Below are positions 1 through 7,807 of a stretch of 32,000 bases of DNA, one piece after another; within the stretch, counting starts at the first letter, position 1, and every line of letters begins with the position of its first letter. The DNA is taken from positions 1,860,001-1,892,000 of the forward strand of contig OX638337.1 of NCBI GenBank assembly GCA_951812855.1, in the 5' to 3' direction. The notes under the pieces are model-generated. The model ran no database searches and had not been told where the DNA came from. It saw only the letters and a program-made list of their open reading frames with translations. The position numbers and the translations under genes are program-made. This DNA is from an uncultured Lentisphaeria bacterium. Its GTDB lineage: Bacteria; Verrucomicrobiota; Lentisphaeria; JABSQK01; JAJFLO01.

Positions 1-942
1 ATCGCGAAGATTCGCTAGGGTTTTGTTTTCATTCGAATGGCTGCCCGCTTTCGCGAAAGCGGGAACGCCGAGTTCATCAAATTTAGCCAATACATTTCTA
101 CCTTGGGGGAGAGCGAGATGGTAGCTGTCAAAACATGAATTGTGGACTCTTTGACGTCCTGATGAGCCGATCATGCTCTGCTCGCAATGCTTTCTGAAAT
201 TCGAATCTCTCGCAAGACAAGCAATGAATGCCGTGCTCAAATCACCTTCGCTTCGAAAAACAATGAACTCGGTTGATCCAAATCCGACTGGATTCGCATC
301 CGTTAAGAAATCGACTACTCCAGTCTTACCATTTTCAAGGCACGGAGTAATTCTTGCCAAGAGAACATCGCCATTTTGGAATTTTGCCCCACCAGAATAA
401 GCCTTGTCAATTACTCCATCGATTGCGTAGCCGGACGTAGGAAGTGCTTTCATATCAGCAAATGGAGCAATATCTCCCTTCTTGAGCTTCGTCGGTGGAT
501 TGATGCTTATTGCTTTTGAAATAGTCATGACGTCCCACCCCTCGGGAATCCAGCCGAGTTGTTCGGTGAACTCGAAGGCGGCGGGGAAAAGAGAATGATG
601 AGTGCTAAGTGATGAATGATGAGAGGAGGAGTTTTCTGATTCAGCATTCAGCATTCTTAATTCAGCCTTCGCCTGCAATGCAGGCGGTATCGGATTGCCG
701 GCGGCGATGGCATTGTCGATCACCGGGTCAAAGTCCACAAACCAGCTCTTGAAAAATGCCTGTGCCATCCCTTCGAGCGTCGCATTCATCCGGTTATTCA
801 ACTCAATCTTGTCATCCAGTGATCCCAGGATGTGAGCAATCGCTTTCTGCTCGGGGAGAGGTGGGAGGGTTAGCTCGATGCTTTTGAGGGATGTTAAAGC
901 GTCTCCGAATCTGTTTCCACTTGTAGCGTGGATGGGTGTCTG
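1..942 (-). pseudogene. hsdS: 3' half of a type I R-M specificity subunit (HsdS): central conserved repeat plus second target-recognition domain; no start codon; runs off the left edge
   Basis: The minus-strand frame is open from 942 to beyond position 1, preceded by TGA/TAG at 943-948, with no Met near its 5' end. Translation reads ...ELTLPPLPEQKAIAHILGSLDDKIELNNRMNATLEGMAQAFFKSWFVDFDPVIDNAIAAGNPIP...LFPAAFEFTEQLGWIPEGW...GSSGRQRV...NKTLANLRD. This is the hallmark HsdS inter-TRD conserved region and the start of the C-terminal conserved region. It is absent from the ORF track because it is partial and start-less. Confidence 0.85.
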
Positions 943-991
943 CTATCAAGATGGGTATGTTGTTTACGTTCTCTTTTAACTTAGACGATTT

Positions 992-2701
992 TTATGAAAT
1001 CTCGTCTATCCAGTCTGATGGCTTGCCAGTAAAACGATTCAATAGCGGCGGGAGATTAGGACGTTGCCCATTAAAATAATCTTCTACTGAAAAAATCTGT
1101 ATTTTTGGGTAATTGCGGCCTTCAACTTCTATATTTTCTTGAGCGGCCGCACTGCGTATTTGCTTAGTAATCAGCGCATTTTTCATTACCACAAAAACAC
1201 CAAATGTTGCTTTCTCGCTGTTTATTGCACCAATAAAATCGCGTATATCGGCTGGTTTGATATTGCTTCCACCCTTTATCTGCGCTAAAACTGTTTTACG
1301 CTCCTCGTCTGGTTGGTTAGTAATAACATAGCCTTTGCCGTCCACACCGCGATCTCCCGTTTGCTTTTTATTCGGTGTAAGTCCAGTGATTTTTGCCACC
1401 GCCCAAGCCTCAAATTGAAAAGGATTGCGCTTAAATAAATCCCGAGCCGATGCCATATCATGAGGTGCGCCTTTTATGGTAAGCGTCTCGCCAAATCTGG
1501 CTTTATAGCCATCTTCGATAATAGCAATCGCAATATGCGTAATATCAATGCCGATGAATTGTCGCCGATTGTTACTGCTGCCATTCCCTTCAACATCACG
1601 GCAAACCCGAATTGTAGTACCACAACCGCAATAAGGGTCAAGTACGACATCGCCGGGGTTAGAGCTGACTTTGATAAATTGCCGCAATAACGCTTCCGGC
1701 TTTTGCGTATCATAGCCTAGGTACTCTTTATCTTTACCTTTGCTGTAATTAGTAAAGCCAGTGGGTGATAAGATCAAGTTTTGAGCAGGCTTTTTAGTAT
1801 CGGCCTGAGCGTAGCGTTTTAAGCCCGGCCATTTACCGTTTTTGGGATGATGGATAAGCCCGGCTTCATCCAAAGCATCCAAACGCTCATGAATCCCTTT
1901 TATTTGATCATAATGGGGAATAAAGTTGTCTTTTATGTAATCGGCATATTGCCCTTTGCCGATCTTGGGCACTGACCAGCAACGACCCATGGCAAACACA
2001 TCATAACCACGCCACGGTTGTGTACTAGGCGTACCTGCCTGTGCACTGTGTAAGGGGCCGGTTATATTGTCTGCACGGTAGCGTCCATGTTTATCCTGTG
2101 ATGGATAGGATTTTTTTATCTCGGCGAGGTTTTTTTGCGTAGCAATCGCTTGACCATTCCAGATGTAATCATTGCTTTTGCTGTAAAACAAAATGTAGTC
2201 GGTAATCCGCCCAAAACGCCTCGCATCATTGTGAGCAGTGGCACGGCGCCAAATAATAGTGTTTCTATAGTTGAACGGCTGAAAAATAGCATCTAACAAA
2301 ATTTTAATGTAATGCCCCGAGGTATCATCACAATGGAGATAAAGCGACCCAGTGTTTTTTAATAATCGGTGCATGTGATAAAGACGGGGGGCTAAATGAC
2401 ACAGATAAGCCAGCATCGGCGTTTTGGGTAGCATAGTTTTAATGCCTTGTATCGCTGTTGCCAGTTTGTTGTCTAAGATCAATGCTTTGTCCAGGTCTTG
2501 TACAGCCGTATCACCCCAGGACCAGGTATCGTCATAGGCTCTCACTTGTGCACCACTGCCAAATATCATGTTGTAATCGGCATTAGAATTAAATGGTGGA
2601 TCAAGATAAACCAGGTCAATGCTTTCATCAGCCCATTGCTCCATCCAAGCCAGATTGTCACCAAAATATAGCGTATTGGGTTTGATTTGATTGCTGTTCA
2701 T
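992..2701 (-). CDS. Beta-class (motif IV before motif I) N6-adenine/N4-cytosine DNA methyltransferase fused to a C-terminal Mrr-like PD-(D/E)xK restriction-endonuclease domain
   Basis: Catalytic motif IV is DPPFNS near the N-terminus and the SAM-binding motif I is VLDPYCGCGTT about 320 aa later, which is the beta-class order. The C-terminal ~150 aa read FEAWAVAKI...GDRGVDGKGYV...VLAQIKGG, matching the Mrr_cat pattern (FE...D-G-V/I-D-G...Q-x-K). The likely true start is ATG 2701 (MNSNQIKPNTLYFGDN), with GGGAG 6 nt upstream. The 12 extra codons in the ORF track (to 2737) are an out-of-frame read of the hsdM stub. Confidence 0.85.
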   Translation of the reverse strand: MNSNQIKPNTLYFGDNLAWMEQWADESIDLVYLDPPFNSNADYNMIFGSGAQVRAYDDTWSWGDTAVQDLDKALILDNKLATAIQGIKTMLPKTPMLAYLCHLAPRLYHMHRLLKNTGSLYLHCDDTSGHYIKILLDAIFQPFNYRNTIIWRRATAHNDARRFGRITDYILFYSKSNDYIWNGQAIATQKNLAEIKKSYPSQDKHGRYRADNITGPLHSAQAGTPSTQPWRGYDVFAMGRCWSVPKIGKGQYADYIKDNFIPHYDQIKGIHERLDALDEAGLIHHPKNGKWPGLKRYAQADTKKPAQNLILSPTGFTNYSKGKDKEYLGYDTQKPEALLRQFIKVSSNPGDVVLDPYCGCGTTIRVCRDVEGNGSSNNRRQFIGIDITHIAIAIIEDGYKARFGETLTIKGAPHDMASARDLFKRNPFQFEAWAVAKITGLTPNKKQTGDRGVDGKGYVITNQPDEERKTVLAQIKGGSNIKPADIRDFIGAINSEKATFGVFVVMKNALITKQIRSAAAQENIEVEGRNYPKIQIFSVEDYFNGQRPNLPPLLNRFTGKPSDWIDEIS

Positions 2702-2790
2702 TTTCCGCTCCCGCGAAGCCGGTTCGCCGAAGCCCACAGTGACTCTTCAAAGCCTTTATCGTTTTTCGCTGCTGCTTTTTTCTCAGTCAT
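2698..2790 (-). pseudogene. hsdM: 30-codon N-terminal stub of a type I R-M methylase subunit (HsdM)
   Basis: ATG at 2790 gives MTEKKAAAKNDKGFEESLWASANRLRGSGK*. GFEExLWxxAxxLRGS is the conserved HsdM N-terminal motif (normally followed by xxxxEYK...FLK). The frame stops at a TGA that overlaps the ATG of the downstream methyltransferase (ATGA at 2698-2701). Confidence 0.65.
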
Positions 2791-3029
2791 ATGAAATCCG
2801 GAGTCAATTCTGTGCAATTGATTTTAATAATTTGTAACTCGAAGGTATTGGAGGAAATGCTATTTTTAATTATTCACCCCGCAATCACGGTAATATCCCA
2901 TATCAATACGGTATAAACAATTATTTTTAAGGTAAAAGTTTTTTAAGCAGTCGATTCCTTTGTAAGGGGTGTCCTTGGTTTGATCCTTGGTTTCACACGC
3001 CTGTACTCCGACAAGCAAAGTGCGTCGAA

Positions 3030-3390
3030 TGGTGGAGGCGGGGGGAGTTGAACCCCCGTCCTAAATAAATACGACAACAGCCTCTACATGTTTAGTCTGC
3101 CTTTGGATTTATCGTCTCTCGGCCTGCCGGCAGACAGGGCTAACCTTAAGACTATTTTCCTGTTGGAGTTTCGCCCGGGTACCCGGAAACCCGATTCCCG
3201 AACTAACCTGATCGAGTCGCCTTCATCCCCTATCAGGTGTCAAGGTGAAGACGTCACCGACTTATCTTATGCGGCGAGTGCGAACTCTTCGTTTGCAGTT
3301 ATGTTTTTGACCGATGATTAACGAGGCCAACGATCATCCTCGACATGCCACTATTGCGTTACCTATCCAGTCGAATCCAGTTTCGCCCCC
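3030..3390 (-). ncRNA. ssrA: tmRNA (SsrA), 361 nt, encoded tag ANEEFALAA
   Basis: The minus strand begins GGGGGCGAAACTGGATTCGACTGGATAGG (5' acceptor/tRNA-like half). It ends GGACGGGGGTTCAACTCCCCCCGCCTCCACCA (T-arm plus acceptor plus CCA, 3030-3061). The internal tag reading frame is GCA AAC GAA GAG TTC GCA CTC GCC GCA TAA at 3296..3267, ending in the canonical ALAA. Confidence 0.96.
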
Positions 3391-3877
3391 GTGTATATAG
3401 AGAGTTTTGGTCAGTAACCTAACGGATAATTATACACCCAATATATAAAAAAAGTTTTAAAAGGTAAAGAATTATTCGATCATTTTTTTAATATATGTCT
3501 TGATATACATGAATCATTAAGTGTTATAGATGTATGAAAACAATAACGATATAAGCGGGCCTGTTTACAATAAGTTTAAATTTTAGGCGGAACAAAAGGA
3601 CCAAACAGCCTCTGAGATCACTGGAGTAAGTATAGAAGGATACAATAGATTTCATATTCGTGAACAGAATGGTTTAAGAACTTTGAGTCCAATTTCTGTG
3701 GGGAAGATTCATTAAAGACAGGGATATTTTGGGAGATATTTAAGAGTATTTATATTTATTATAGCAAATGATTTATTCTCATAATTGAGATTAAATTTTT
3801 CAATTTTGTATTAATATTATCACTTTAGTCTGATATGTAGTGTATACATTATACATCGGAGGTGAAGTGTGGTCAGA

Positions 3878-4106
3878 ATGCAAATATATTTGACAGAGAC
3901 TGAGCGTAATGCTTTGGCAGGCATTGCGTTGGAAACAGGCAAAAAACACAGTGAATTAATTCGAGAAACAGTAGATTGTTAATATCGAAAAAAATAGATC
4001 GAAAGATAAAGCAAGCTTATTACATCGAATGTCTGGAATGTGGAGTGATCGTCGTGATCTTCCTGATTTTGCGGAATTACGGCAGGAATGGGATAAAATT
4101 CAATAA
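3878..4106 (+). pseudogene. Ribbon-helix-helix (CopG/VapB-type) antitoxin, disrupted by a frameshift near 3975-3985
   Basis: MQIYLTETERNALAGIALETGKKHSELIRETVDC* (3878-3982) is an RHH N-terminus. The rest continues in another frame as IVNIEKNRSKDKASLLHRMSGMWSDRRDLPDFAELRQEWDKIQ*, ending at 4104-4106 and overlapping the next ATG (TAATG). GGAGGTG lies at 3859-3865, with an alternative in-frame GTG at 3869. Confidence 0.6.
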
Positions 4107-4281
4107 TGAGAGAGTTTTTAGTTGATACTAATATTTTTATTGATTTTTTCGTGGTCGTTCCAAGGTGGTAGAATTTATAAAAACGAATCGACTTTCCAAA
4201 GAAGCAATCGAAGCTGATGCGAATGATTTGAAATCTCTCGAAGAATTTGAGAAGAAAGCAACAAAGGGGGGCAAAAACTGA
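4106..4281 (+). pseudogene. PIN-domain toxin (VapC-type) N-terminal fragment, frameshifted in a T-run and truncated
   Basis: MREFLVDTNIFIDFF (the first conserved acidic residue of PIN domains lies in LVDTN) stops after 21 codons. Shifting frame at the T6 run (about 4146-4151) restores RGRSKVVEFIKTNR, typical of VapC. Similarity then ends (LSKEAIEADANDLK...GGKN*) near 4190, about 35 codons into what would normally be a ~130-aa protein. Confidence 0.6.
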
Positions 4282-4306
4282 TAGTTCAGGATTGACTCTG
4301 AAAAGT

Positions 4307-5161
4307 CTAAAACTTCATTAGAGGTAACCCGAATGGCACTATCCATATGGGCGATCCTAAATTTTTTTGATACCGGCTATTTATAAATTCATCTCCTGCC
4401 AGTTGCAAAAAATCATCTGGATTTAATTCACCTATATTGAAAGTAAGACTCAACCTTGGCATAACACCGGTAATCAGTCTTCGTGCACCACCTTTACCCA
4501 CATCTGACCATTTACCGGAATTTAATTTTCTCTTTATTGGAGAACTCATAGCACCTGTCTTAACGCGTTTCGTTTTCGGATCCTGATATAGTTTAAGAAC
4601 GAGTTTTAAATATTTCGGATTTCTCATTACATATTGCCTGCTGAACAGCTGTTCAACCGGGTCCCCCATTGAATCCATTCCATTCGGCTTTTTTTCCGTT
4701 CCGCATAAGAAGAATGGTGCAACTTCATTAAAATCCTTTACTAACCTGACCGGGGTAAGAACAGAATGTCTATAGGAAAGATCATGAATCTTGCCAATTT
4801 TCCATTTTCCAACTGACAAAATGTAATGCTCCTGGCGATTTGGTGGTTTTTTCGGAGGACGAAGTTGCTTGAAATAAAACAATGACAACCACGTCCAAAG
4901 ACCACAATCATTACGCATTTCATCTTTCCAGACGTCCTTTAATTTGTCCCAGAGATAAACACCAAACTCATGACGATGGGCAAATGATTTCTTTTCAATG
5001 GATACACCTAAACCCGAATCATAACTTTTTGGGGAATCAGTTAATAAATAAAAAGGGGGTTCTATTGATTCGCCATTTCTGGCCCTGTTTATATAATCTT
5101 GAAAATCTGAAATACCTTCATCTGTTAATTTTCGAATATTAATTGTCTTCTTTGTCCTCAA
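4307..5161 (-). CDS. Hypothetical protein, third gene (C) of the GHKL-ATPase operon; no recognisable family
   Basis: 284-codon ORF in the same orientation as the two upstream genes, overlapping gene B by 23 nt. Its start is apparently TTG at 5161, since no ATG occurs for 81 codons. Basic Lys/Arg-rich segments (PPKKPPNRQ, KRKLNSGKWSDVGKGGARR) are present. I could find no catalytic motif. Confidence 0.65.
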   Translation of the reverse strand: MRTKKTINIRKLTDEGISDFQDYINRARNGESIEPPFYLLTDSPKSYDSGLGVSIEKKSFAHRHEFGVYLWDKLKDVWKDEMRNDCGLWTWLSLFYFKQLRPPKKPPNRQEHYILSVGKWKIGKIHDLSYRHSVLTPVRLVKDFNEVAPFFLCGTEKKPNGMDSMGDPVEQLFSRQYVMRNPKYLKLVLKLYQDPKTKRVKTGAMSSPIKRKLNSGKWSDVGKGGARRLITGVMPRLSLTFNIGELNPDDFLQLAGDEFINSRYQKNLGSPIWIVPFGLPLMKF

Positions 5162-5906
5162 ATAAAAGGATTTTCTCTTTAACAGGATTAGTTTTTAACC
5201 AGGCATTGACGACATCATCAGCCCATTCTCTTATTTCATTTGGTGTTTCTGGGTCAAGTTCATCAGGTGATTTTATTCCTAAATTCGTAATAAAAGAAAT
5301 CCAGGCTTTTTTCCAGTCCGCATCAGTATTCGTCCGGGCCACATACTCCAATGCTTGATTTATTGCTTCGGGAATTATCAGAGCTCTGTAGTGAGGTTCG
5401 GCATCTTTTCCAAGCTTGTTAATCATCATTAAACCTGGATCGTTGTTTACAATGAGAATAGGCTGCGATCCTTCTCCGGCTTCAAGTCTCCAGAGTCTTT
5501 CACCAAGATCTCCCTGTTCAACAGGGAGGATAGGTGATGCTCCTTCCTCTTCTGTATCTTTTCTTGCAGCAAATCCTTCACATGAAGCAATAATCTTCTG
5601 TGTTTCAGGCTCACATATGAAAACTCTGAAGAGTAATGGTTTTAAGTTATCGATTTGAGAAAGACTATCAGAAAATGGAATCTTTGGTTCCTTAATAGTT
5701 CCGAGATTGATTCTATCCTCGGTGAATCCTGCATAGACAGTCATCCAGAGAGTTGAATTTTTGGGTAAACCATGTTTTTCAACTTCCAAGCTGTGCAGTA
5801 TAAAAGCATCCCGTTTATCTTCAATATAAGAAACTGAAATATCGATATCGCTCCGATCAATTCGTTTAATGCCAGTTGGGTTCGTCGTATGTGATTGAAA
5901 TTTCAT
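5139..5906 (-). CDS. Hypothetical protein, second gene (B) of the GHKL-ATPase operon; no recognisable family
   Basis: 255-codon ORF whose ATG (5906) overlaps the stop of gene A as ATGA (5903-5906). It has a beta-rich N-terminal half, an acidic central patch (RKDTEEEGASPILPVEQGDLGERLW) and a helical acidic C-terminus. No motif could be assigned. Confidence 0.7.
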   Translation of the reverse strand: MKFQSHTTNPTGIKRIDRSDIDISVSYIEDKRDAFILHSLEVEKHGLPKNSTLWMTVYAGFTEDRINLGTIKEPKIPFSDSLSQIDNLKPLLFRVFICEPETQKIIASCEGFAARKDTEEEGASPILPVEQGDLGERLWRLEAGEGSQPILIVNNDPGLMMINKLGKDAEPHYRALIIPEAINQALEYVARTNTDADWKKAWISFITNLGIKSPDELDPETPNEIREWADDVVNAWLKTNPVKEKILLFEDKEDN

Positions 5907-7747
5907 TCCGTGTTAACTCCTACTCTGGCCCGAACTCGTTGTTTTGAGCTGAATCCTGTAATTTCCAGGTAAAAATTTTTGTCGCTTATTTCATATTCGA
6001 TTAAATTCTCATTTCTACTTAAAATCTTCAGGTTTTCACATTTAAATTGTTCTTCCTTGAACTCGGAAAGATCAAAATCAAATGGATGATAATTAGAAAA
6101 TGGGTCACCAAAACCAGCCATTCTTTCATAAGCGACTTTAATTTTCCCGGTAACAGGATAAGAAATCTCGTTTCCCATTGCTGCAGGGCCCGGTTTTATT
6201 CTTATGCCTTGGCCATCATCAATATAAAGGAATTTTGGTCTGGATGGCAGCGTTTTTTTCCCTTGTTGTTTCTTTTTTCCTTTTCCTGAAGTTTTCTCTG
6301 ATTTTTTCTTTTTCCCTGAATAATCAGGTATAGATAAAATATCAACCAGAAGATCTTCCACTCTTTTTTCTTGACTTCCTCTGAGCATGTTAAAAAGCTT
6401 AGGCAAAGCATTCCGAACGTTTCGAATTGTGCTATGTCTATAATCATAATTTTCCCTTAGAGTATCTTCTTCCCTGTTCCATTGTAAATGAGAAGCAACT
6501 TCTGCGTTTGCCAGAAAGTCCGATATTTCCTCGTCCTCGGCAATTACCACAGCAAATACAGGCGACCTTTTGTTCAGGCTTTCTTCATCAGAGATTATCA
6601 AGTCACCCCTGACATAAATATGTTCACAGGAAGCCTGCTCTCTCTTTTGTATCCAGACTGTAATAAAAGAGCATACAGGTTTCTTATCTTTTGGATAAAC
6701 CATCACAGGAAATTTAATTCCGACATGCTTACCAAGATCAAAATTCTCCTTTATCTCGTCATATTTATTATTATTAAAGCTCTCCTCACTTAAAGGCTCT
6801 TCTTTCAACTTCCACCAGTCCTCTTTGGCGTGATACAGATCCTCTGGTTCTGAAGCATGAACATACTCAAGGAAAATAAGAAAATCTATGGATGGCTCCT
6901 CCCCGGCTAAATATGTTTCTGCAAGACCAATTAAATTAGACTCGGTAATTTTTTCACCACAGATTTCAATTTCAACTTTTGAGGAATATATCGTAAAGAA
7001 AAAATCTTTAAGAAGTGCTTTGATTAAATTTTCCCTGGATAGTGATTTTTGTGGAAATGGTATAATCCATGAGGTGCCCGGTTGACCAGGGTTTCTCTCC
7101 AGGCAGTAAGCATTTTTAAACTTTTCCAATATTTCGTTATCTGATGCAGGGATCGGTTGCTCTGGGTCGGAGCTGTCTTTTAAACCCCAGTAACAGTTTC
7201 TTCCATATTCCATTTCCTGAACTTCATAGGTGCTTGGGAAAACGCACTTCCCAAAAAGATGGCCGTATTTTTCCCCTTCTCTTGTGGATATTGACATTAA
7301 AGAATTTACAAGAGAGGCCATGTTATAAGTAATCTTACCTTCACCGGCCCGGCCCAATTCCCTTCCTTTTTTTGAAGCTTTTCCTTCGCCAAACCAGAAA
7401 TTTGCCCATCTTTCATCTTTTCCCTTTGCACCACTGTTATTCGTTTCCCCTGTTAATCCGCATGTGGAATATTCTTCAATGACTAATGCTTTGGGTTTAG
7501 AAAAATCAAGATCAGAACGATGAAAGCGTTTGTGTACTTCGAGGCAGGACGCTTTTAGGTGGGGCATTAGATCCTCTAGTATTTGTTGGTTGTAGTTCGC
7601 ATCCAAACCGGCAGTATTGTCTATTATCCGAATGGTAATTCGCGTTTTAGTTTCCGGCGTTTCTACCCGGGCATCAAGAAAATTCTGCATTAATTCCCGT
7701 ATAAAGATTTCAGCGAACTTCTTTGTTTCGCCAAGAAAATTATTCAT
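5903..7747 (-). CDS. GHKL/Bergerat-fold ATPase-domain protein (about 614 aa), first gene (A) of a three-gene operon
   Basis: N-box IRELMQNFLDA lies about 20 aa after Met 7747, with G1-like EEYSTCGLTGE and G2-like LGRAGEGKITYNMAS. It has a long unassigned middle region, a Lys-rich linker (SGKKKKSEKTSGKGKKKQQGKK) and a C-terminal domain of about 110 aa. The ORF track extends it to 8080, but residues 1-91 are a gltD-like remnant (see next feature). The alternative start is ATG 7807. Confidence 0.8.
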   Translation of the reverse strand: MNNFLGETKKFAEIFIRELMQNFLDARVETPETKTRITIRIIDNTAGLDANYNQQILEDLMPHLKASCLEVHKRFHRSDLDFSKPKALVIEEYSTCGLTGETNNSGAKGKDERWANFWFGEGKASKKGRELGRAGEGKITYNMASLVNSLMSISTREGEKYGHLFGKCVFPSTYEVQEMEYGRNCYWGLKDSSDPEQPIPASDNEILEKFKNAYCLERNPGQPGTSWIIPFPQKSLSRENLIKALLKDFFFTIYSSKVEIEICGEKITESNLIGLAETYLAGEEPSIDFLIFLEYVHASEPEDLYHAKEDWWKLKEEPLSEESFNNNKYDEIKENFDLGKHVGIKFPVMVYPKDKKPVCSFITVWIQKREQASCEHIYVRGDLIISDEESLNKRSPVFAVVIAEDEEISDFLANAEVASHLQWNREEDTLRENYDYRHSTIRNVRNALPKLFNMLRGSQEKRVEDLLVDILSIPDYSGKKKKSEKTSGKGKKKQQGKKTLPSRPKFLYIDDGQGIRIKPGPAAMGNEISYPVTGKIKVAYERMAGFGDPFSNYHPFDFDLSEFKEEQFKCENLKILSRNENLIEYEISDKNFYLEITGFSSKQRVRARVGVNTE

Positions 7748-7807
7748 AGCGATGGTTTTACCACGCTGATCTTTGGGGGCAAGTTTTGGAAAATCCCACT
7801 CGAGCAT

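Noticed and set aside
173-400. 75-aa plus-strand ORF
   Set aside because: It is antisense to the clearly HsdS-like minus-strand frame that spans 1-942, and it has no recognisable motif.
1460-1713. Short ORFs nested in or antisense to long genes (1460-1690, 1474-1713, and the many 60-130-aa ORFs inside the GHKL gene, metzincin gene, recC, lnt, murD and rodA)
   Set aside because: They are fully contained within longer ORFs that have strong family signatures. Their sequences are low-complexity and AT-biased, so they were treated as noise.
2702-2737. 12-codon N-terminal extension of the methyltransferase ORF (MGFGEPASRERK)
   Set aside because: It is an out-of-frame reading of the hsdM stub. ATG 2701 has a GGGAG ribosome-binding site and begins the conserved MTase N-terminus.
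3088-3321. 77-aa plus-strand ORF
   Set aside because: It lies entirely inside and antisense to the tmRNA gene (3030-3390) and is a by-product of the structured RNA sequence.
4137-4346. 69-aa minus-strand ORF
   Set aside because: It is antisense to the vapC remnant and overlaps the 3' end of cassette gene C. It is low-complexity with no motif.
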